From an uncultured Clostridia bacterium (lineage in GTDB: Bacteria > Bacillota > Clostridia > TANB77 > CAG-508), in NCBI GenBank assembly GCA_944386685.1, contig CALXCA010000001.1, forward strand, positions 78,105-142,104: a stretch of DNA of 64,000 nucleotides, written 5' to 3'. Below, in pieces: positions 59,377 through 64,000 of this stretch. Position numbers and translations under genes: made by a program. Numbering within the stretch: position 1 is the first letter of the stretch; every line of letters begins with the position of its first letter. Below the pieces are notes generated by a model. It was given only the letters and a program-made list of their open reading frames with translations. It did not search any database and was not told the DNA's origin.

Positions 59377-59680
59377 ATTATTTTTTTATATTTATTATTA
59401 TTATTTATTTATTATTATTAATTTTTGTTATTTATTTATTTTTATTATTTTATTTATTGTTTATTATTATTTTTTTATTATTATTTTTATTTATTATTAT
59501 TTATTTTTGTTATTTATTTTTATTATTTTTATTTATTATTTTCATTTATTATTATTATTATTTATTTTTGTTATTTATTTATTTTTGTTATTTATTTATT
59601 TTTGTTATTTATTTATTTTTATTATTTTATTAATTATTTATTATTTATTTATTATTTATTTTATTTATTTTTATTATTTG
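59377..59680. repeat. Near-pure A/T degenerate tandem-repeat array 1 (T-rich on the plus strand)
   Basis: By my count only 8 G/C in ~304 nt. A 17-bp period is shown by G at 59570, 59587 and 59604 (gttatttatttattttt). Confidence 0.8.
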
Positions 59681-59774
59681 TTTTTAATGTTAGTTTTTTT
59701 AACATTTTTTGTTTTTTTATAATATAATATATTATATTTTATTATATTTTTACATTTTTTTAAGGAGAATAAAT

Positions 59775-59990
59775 ATGGAAAATAGAAATAATTATAATTA
59801 TTTTAATAATAATAGATTTATAGATAAAAATAATTGTTTAAATTATAATAATTGTGATAAAAAAAATAAATTGAATTTTACTTTAATTAAAAATAAAACA
59901 TTTTCCTCATTAAATGAAGTAGAATGTTTTTTAAATAAAATTACTTTAACAAAAAAATATATAAAAATATATAATTTATTTAAAAAATAG
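59775..59990 (+). CDS. Small Asn/Lys-rich hypothetical protein (71 aa)
   Basis: Strong RBS TAAGGAGAAT 8 nt before ATG 59775 (MENRNNYNYFNNN...). The track start at 59709 lies in low-complexity DNA. Confidence 0.5.
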   Translation: MENRNNYNYFNNNRFIDKNNCLNYNNCDKKNKLNFTLIKNKTFSSLNEVECFLNKITLTKKYIKIYNLFKK

Positions 59991-60020
59991 ATTATATATT
60001 TTTATACTTTATTCTAGCTT

Positions 60021-60330
60021 TTTATTTATTTTTTATATATTATTATTTTATTGTTTTATTATTTTTATTTATTTGTTATTTATTTATTTATTTTATTATT
60101 TTTATTTTATTTATTATTTATTTATTTGTTTTATTATTTTTATTTTATTTATCATTTATTTATTTTATTATTTTATTTATTATTTATTTATTTGTTTTAT
60201 TATTTTTATTTATTTGTTATTTATTTATTTTATTATTTTTATTTTATTTATTATTTATTTATTTGTTTTATTATTTATTTGTTTTATTATTTTTATTTTA
60301 TTTATTATTTATTTGTTCGTTTTATTAACT
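60021..60330. repeat. Near-pure A/T degenerate tandem-repeat array 2
   Basis: About 11 G/C in ~310 nt. A ~75-76-bp period is shown by G at 60053, 60128 and 60204, and at 60075 and 60226. Shares the tttgttatttatttatt motif with array 1. Confidence 0.8.
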
Positions 60331-60333
60331 TAT

Positions 60334-60867
60334 TTATTTATTTTTTAAATATATTTCTGATAATTTTTCATTTTTTTCTCCATTAATTAAAAAAGATACT
60401 GAATTAATTTCTTTCAAATTTGTTAATGTGTTTACTATGCTATTAATTATTTTAAATTTTTTTTCCTCATTTTCAAAATTTAAAAATTCATTTGATAAAT
60501 TTAAAATTGCACATCCATTTTCTATTTTTATGTCATTTAATATTGTACCATCTGGAATTAATTTTTTTAGATTACTACTTTGTGGTCCTTTTATTAATAA
60601 ATTCACCATTTCTTTATATGGTTCATTTAATAAATTTTTTGCATTAATTAATTGTGTTTCCGCTTCTAATTCTCCTGTTTCTATATTTTCAAAATACAGG
60701 CTAATTTTTGTTTGTGATTCCTGTTCTTCAGATATTTCTTCTTGTGGCGTATAATCTTGATATTCATCTTCTATTTTTTTTATTTCAATATTTTTAAATA
60801 TAAAAAATATTCCTATAATAATTAAAATAAAAATAATTATAGCTACAACTCTCTTTCTTTTTTTCAT
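60334..60867 (-). CDS. GerM-domain (GerMN) membrane-anchored protein
   Basis: N-terminal TM. ISLYFEN...LLIKGPQSSNLKKLIPDGTILNDIKIENGCAILNLSNEF...IINSIVNTLTNLKEINSVSFLINGE. Confidence 0.7.
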   Translation of the reverse strand: MKKRKRVVAIIIFILIIIGIFFIFKNIEIKKIEDEYQDYTPQEEISEEQESQTKISLYFENIETGELEAETQLINAKNLLNEPYKEMVNLLIKGPQSSNLKKLIPDGTILNDIKIENGCAILNLSNEFLNFENEEKKFKIINSIVNTLTNLKEINSVSFLINGEKNEKLSEIYLKNK

Positions 60868-61060
60868 ATCTAGCCCTCCTTATGTATTTTTAGATAACAT
60901 CTTATTTATTATATAGGTTATCTTGTACTATCATATTGAAATATATTTTCCTTAAAATAATTTTAGAACAAAACTTAAATAAATTTAAAAAAAATTAAAT
61001 AAGAATATATTTATCCTTATTTAATTTTTTCATTAATATTATTTTTAGTATTTATTTAAT

Positions 61061-62347
61061 TTATTCAAAATAGAATTTAAAATTTGTATTTTCATTTAAT
61101 GCCATAACAATTTTATTTATATTATATTCTGTATTTGCAGTATTATCTTTATATACTTTAACTTCTATTATTGTATTTTCTTCATTTTCTTCTAATGACA
61201 TAATTTCATAAAAATTTGAATTATAAAATTTATTTCCTATATAATTTATAAAATCATTTATATTTCCAAAGTTATTTATTTTATATGTTTCATCTAATAA
61301 ATTATATAGATTTTCGTAATCGTAATTATTAATCATTTTCATAATTTTATCAACATTTGTTGAAACTTTTTTTACATTTGATGCAGAAGTATATGTTTGT
61401 TTAAAAGAGTCTGTTATTACAGTATATTCATCTAATTGTACAGTAAATTCCATTGGATAAGTTGCTGATATTATATATCTATTATCATTTTTAGTTTTAA
61501 CTATGAATTTATTATTATCATATTTAGATATTTCTTTTATTTCTGTATCTAATTTATTATTACTATTCATTAAATTTATGTATTCAGTAAATTTAGTAAA
61601 ATCATTTTTAAATCTTAATTCTTTATATTGTTCATCAAGCATATCATATGCTTTCGTTGGATTATTTTTTAATAAATTAACAAAATACTCTGCATATTTA
61701 GTATATATTTCTTCGTCATCTAATCTTAAAAATTCAAATTTATTATGATTATTTGAGACTTCTATATTATTTAATTTTGTTTTTTCTGGTATTTGGCTTA
61801 CATCTGTATAATTATTATTATATAATGGTGTAATTTTAAATGCATTATCACTTAAATCTAAATCTACTATATAAAATCTTTCTTGATTATATATATCATC
61901 ATCAACTACACCTTTTACAATAAATGAGTATAAAGTTTTATCTCTTTTTTCATACATTTCTGTTGCCAAGAAATCATACCCTTGTTCTATATTAGTTAAT
62001 ATATTCTCTTTTGTTAAATTATTTTGTTGTATATAATTTTCATCTAAGTAATCTAATACTTCTACTGCCCCTCCCATTTTTATTGCACTTAAATATTTAT
62101 TTATACATTCTTCTACACTAAAAAAGTAAGTTGCATTTATCACTTTTTCTCTATCTTTAATTGCTTGTTCTTCAATATCACCTTGAGGTTCGTCTTCTAT
62201 TACTATATTTCCATCATTATCTACAATATTTTCTTCATAAAATTTCTTCCTAGAAATCAAAATAATTGTTAATATAATTATAACCAGAATAATTAAAGAA
62301 ATAATAGCAATTAATAGCTTTTTATTTTTCATATTTTTTATCCTCAT
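61061..62347 (-). CDS. Hypothetical membrane-anchored protein (428 aa) with repeated LDExYK modules
   Basis: N-terminal TM. Three modules begin VLDYLDENYIQQ, AYDMLDEQYKELRF and LYNLLDETYKINNF. The C-terminal ~190 aa are paralogous to 63411..64000. Confidence 0.65.
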   Translation of the reverse strand: MRIKNMKNKKLLIAIISLIILVIIILTIILISRKKFYEENIVDNDGNIVIEDEPQGDIEEQAIKDREKVINATYFFSVEECINKYLSAIKMGGAVEVLDYLDENYIQQNNLTKENILTNIEQGYDFLATEMYEKRDKTLYSFIVKGVVDDDIYNQERFYIVDLDLSDNAFKITPLYNNNYTDVSQIPEKTKLNNIEVSNNHNKFEFLRLDDEEIYTKYAEYFVNLLKNNPTKAYDMLDEQYKELRFKNDFTKFTEYINLMNSNNKLDTEIKEISKYDNNKFIVKTKNDNRYIISATYPMEFTVQLDEYTVITDSFKQTYTSASNVKKVSTNVDKIMKMINNYDYENLYNLLDETYKINNFGNINDFINYIGNKFYNSNFYEIMSLEENEENTIIEVKVYKDNTANTEYNINKIVMALNENTNFKFYFE

Positions 62348-62417
62348 ATAATATGTTTATAAGGTTTATTTAATATGAATTTTTATAAACATACTCTTTC
62401 TTTTTTTTATTTACTCT

Positions 62418-62840
62418 CTATTTTTTTGTTACTCTTATTATATAATCAAAATGTCCTTCATTTATAATTCTACTTGTTGAACAATTTTTATAACTAATTT
62501 CTTTTCTTATTTGATTTGTTGATCCTGCTCCATATGTTCCTACCCCATCTCCAGCAAAAACTTCTATATGTCTTGATTGTGAAGCTTTTAATAAGAAGTC
62601 TCCTGGTTGTGGAGTTTCTGTTGCTGTTGTTGCCCATTCCCAGCCATATTGTGATAAATCATAATTTGCTCCAGGAGAGCCCAAAATCCAGCATAAAAAG
62701 TCATTTGTTGATAATTGTACTTGTCCTATAAATTCAGTATATCCATATTGTATTAAAACCCATGTAACAAAAGCACTACAATCAATTCCTCTTGTATTAT
62801 TATTTGACATTTGTTGAGCATAACCTTCATCTGTTATCAT
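62418..62840 (-). CDS. NlpC/P60-family cell-wall hydrolase domain (140 aa; no signal peptide, weak RBS)
   Basis: Catalytic Cys in RGIDCSAFVTWVL and His in SRHIEVFAG. Overlaps the upstream ORF by 14 nt in another frame. Confidence 0.7.
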   Translation of the reverse strand: MITDEGYAQQMSNNNTRGIDCSAFVTWVLIQYGYTEFIGQVQLSTNDFLCWILGSPGANYDLSQYGWEWATTATETPQPGDFLLKASQSRHIEVFAGDGVGTYGAGSTNQIRKEISYKNCSTSRIINEGHFDYIIRVTKK

Positions 62841-63390
62841 TCCGTTGAGATCTTAATATTTCTGGATAGTCCATTATATTACCATTTCTATACCAAAATT
62901 TATAATAAGCAATATAGTCATGAATTTCTTCTGAAATCTGTATTAAATCATCAGAAGCAGAAATTGTAAAATTATTATCACTTTGAATAATATAACTATC
63001 ATCATATATAGAACCCATTTCAGAAGTACTTACATCCCCTGCTTTTACATCATTTTTAAATATATTTGATACTGCTCCAAATGTAGCTAAATAAAATGCT
63101 ACGAATATCAAAGCTAAAATTATTACTCCTATTACAATTAAACTAACAGGAGCTGTATATATTATTAATTGCACTAGTAATTTAAATAAATGCATTGCTG
63201 CTTTAGCTATTATCTTAGCTAATTTTTTTAGTGCTTCCATTGCCATCTGTTTAGCTTTAGCCATTAGGTTGTTTGCAACATCACTAATTTGCTCTACAGT
63301 TTTATCTGCAATTTTTCTTTCCATTTGTGAAACAGGATTATTATCTAAATCTGTTTGTTGCTGTTGTTGTTGGTTATTTTCTTCGTCCAT
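62827..63390 (-). CDS. Membrane protein (187 aa), probable N-terminal part of a split TM-anchored NlpC/P60 hydrolase
   Basis: Gln-rich N-terminus and a TM hairpin (LLVQLIIYTAPVSLIVIGVIILALIFVAFYLATFGAV). Ends ...YYKFWYRNGNIMDYPEILRSQRNDNR, overlapping the P60 ORF. Confidence 0.6.
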   Translation of the reverse strand: MDEENNQQQQQQTDLDNNPVSQMERKIADKTVEQISDVANNLMAKAKQMAMEALKKLAKIIAKAAMHLFKLLVQLIIYTAPVSLIVIGVIILALIFVAFYLATFGAVSNIFKNDVKAGDVSTSEMGSIYDDSYIIQSDNNFTISASDDLIQISEEIHDYIAYYKFWYRNGNIMDYPEILRSQRNDNR

Positions 63391-63410
63391 ATTACACCTC
63401 CTAACTAGTT

Positions 63411-64000
63411 TTAGAAGCTAAAAGACATTTTAAAATCTGTTCCATCTCCTAATTCCATTACAAATTTCATACTTTTGGTCTCTGTTCCATTTTTATTTTT
63501 TAATGTAACATCATATATACAATAACTACCTTGTTCTGTAAATATTGAATATTCTACTTCATTTTGGTCATAAAAATTAGTTTTTAAATAATTTTCTAAA
63601 TCTGTAATATTAGTTAAATTATTTGCTGTTTTAAAACTATCTGCAATTAATGTAGAAACATAATAATAGTTTTTATCATTTAATCCATTTATAAATTTAC
63701 TAATATTAAGTCCTGTTTTTACTCTAGAATCTGATTCTTCATATTTTGTAACAAATTGTGGCAAGTCTACAATGTATTCATCTAATAAAACAGTAAAGTC
63801 CATAATATTATTATTAACTGTGAAGATATAATAATCTTCATAATTTGAATAAGCAACATATTGTTTATTACTATTAAAATAATTTACAGTAAATTTAGAA
63901 AATTCCATGTTTTCAAATTCTGCTAAATTTTGTTGAATATAATTATTAAAATTTTCATAATTATTTTCAAATCTTAAATTTTTATATTTTTCATCAATTA
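63411..64000 (-). CDS. Hypothetical protein, paralogue of the C-terminal half of 61061..62347. The N-terminus lies beyond the window edge.
   Basis: The frame stays open upstream of the track Met (63908) to position 64000 (...IDEKYKNLRFENNYENFNNYIQQNLAEFENMEFSKF...). MDFTVLLDEYIV matches MEFTVQLDEYTV, and KFVMELGDGTDFKMSFSF matches KIVMALNENTNFKFYFE. Confidence 0.7.
   Translation of the reverse strand, partial: IDEKYKNLRFENNYENFNNYIQQNLAEFENMEFSKFTVNYFNSNKQYVAYSNYEDYYIFTVNNNIMDFTVLLDEYIVDLPQFVTKYEESDSRVKTGLNISKFINGLNDKNYYYVSTLIADSFKTANNLTNITDLENYLKTNFYDQNEVEYSIFTEQGSYCIYDVTLKNKNGTETKSMKFVMELGDGTDFKMSFSF

Noticed and set aside
59377-60330. Considered whether the A/T arrays are a replication origin or DNA-unwinding element, since dnaX/recR/abrB/rsmI are origin-proximal genes in Bacillus.
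   Set aside because: I saw no DnaA-box-like TTATCCACA/TGTGGATAA sequences in or beside the arrays, and no dnaA or dnaN nearby. Only a formal motif scan could fully exclude weak boxes.
59377-60330. Considered whether the arrays are a CRISPR array.
   Set aside because: There is no alternation of constant repeats with unique spacers, the units are degenerate low complexity, and no cas genes are present in the window.
59369-60386. Track ORFs 59369..59722, 59425..59727, 60051..60386 and 60073..60348, made only of F/I/Y/L residues.
   Set aside because: They are translations of the A/T-only tandem arrays (TTT/ATT/TAT/TTA codons). They overlap each other in different frames and have no start context. 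They are treated as non-coding repeats.

Overview
Very AT-rich chromosomal segment from an endospore-forming Firmicute (Clostridia-like). The sporulation assignment rests on an alpha/beta-type SASP, ypeB, spoIIR, spmA/spmB, a GerM-domain protein, CotF-like proteins and abrB. Most of the window is core genome in classical Bacillus/Clostridium synteny: radC-mreB-mreC-mreD-PBP2-minC; pcrA; prfA; sbcD/yhaN-like; murF; tadA-(1 ORF)-SRP RNA-dnaX-ybaB-recR; pgm plus a UDP-sugar pyrophosphorylase; spoIIR-murA; abrB/rsmI. Five regions stand out. (1) A ~17-kb minus-strand island (1..17075) holds three giant repeat-rich surface proteins. It includes a 2.55-kb gene-plus-upstream duplication and an in-frame junction of two adhesin modules through an internal anchor plus signal peptide. 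(2) A self-contained promoter-to-terminator cassette (35.5-38.6 kb) encodes two unknown small proteins and an orphan VirD4/TraG-type coupling protein. It has no visible relaxase, VirB4 or integrase. (3) A near-identical ungapped 60-nt leader precedes both spoIIR and a ugtP-like glycosyltransferase. (4) Two ~300-bp, almost G/C-free tandem-repeat arrays flank a small ORF (59.4-60.3 kb). (5) A cluster at the right edge (60.3-64 kb) carries a split membrane-anchored NlpC/P60 hydrolase flanked by paralogous unknown proteins. All calls come from reading the translations and the DNA by eye. No database search was run.
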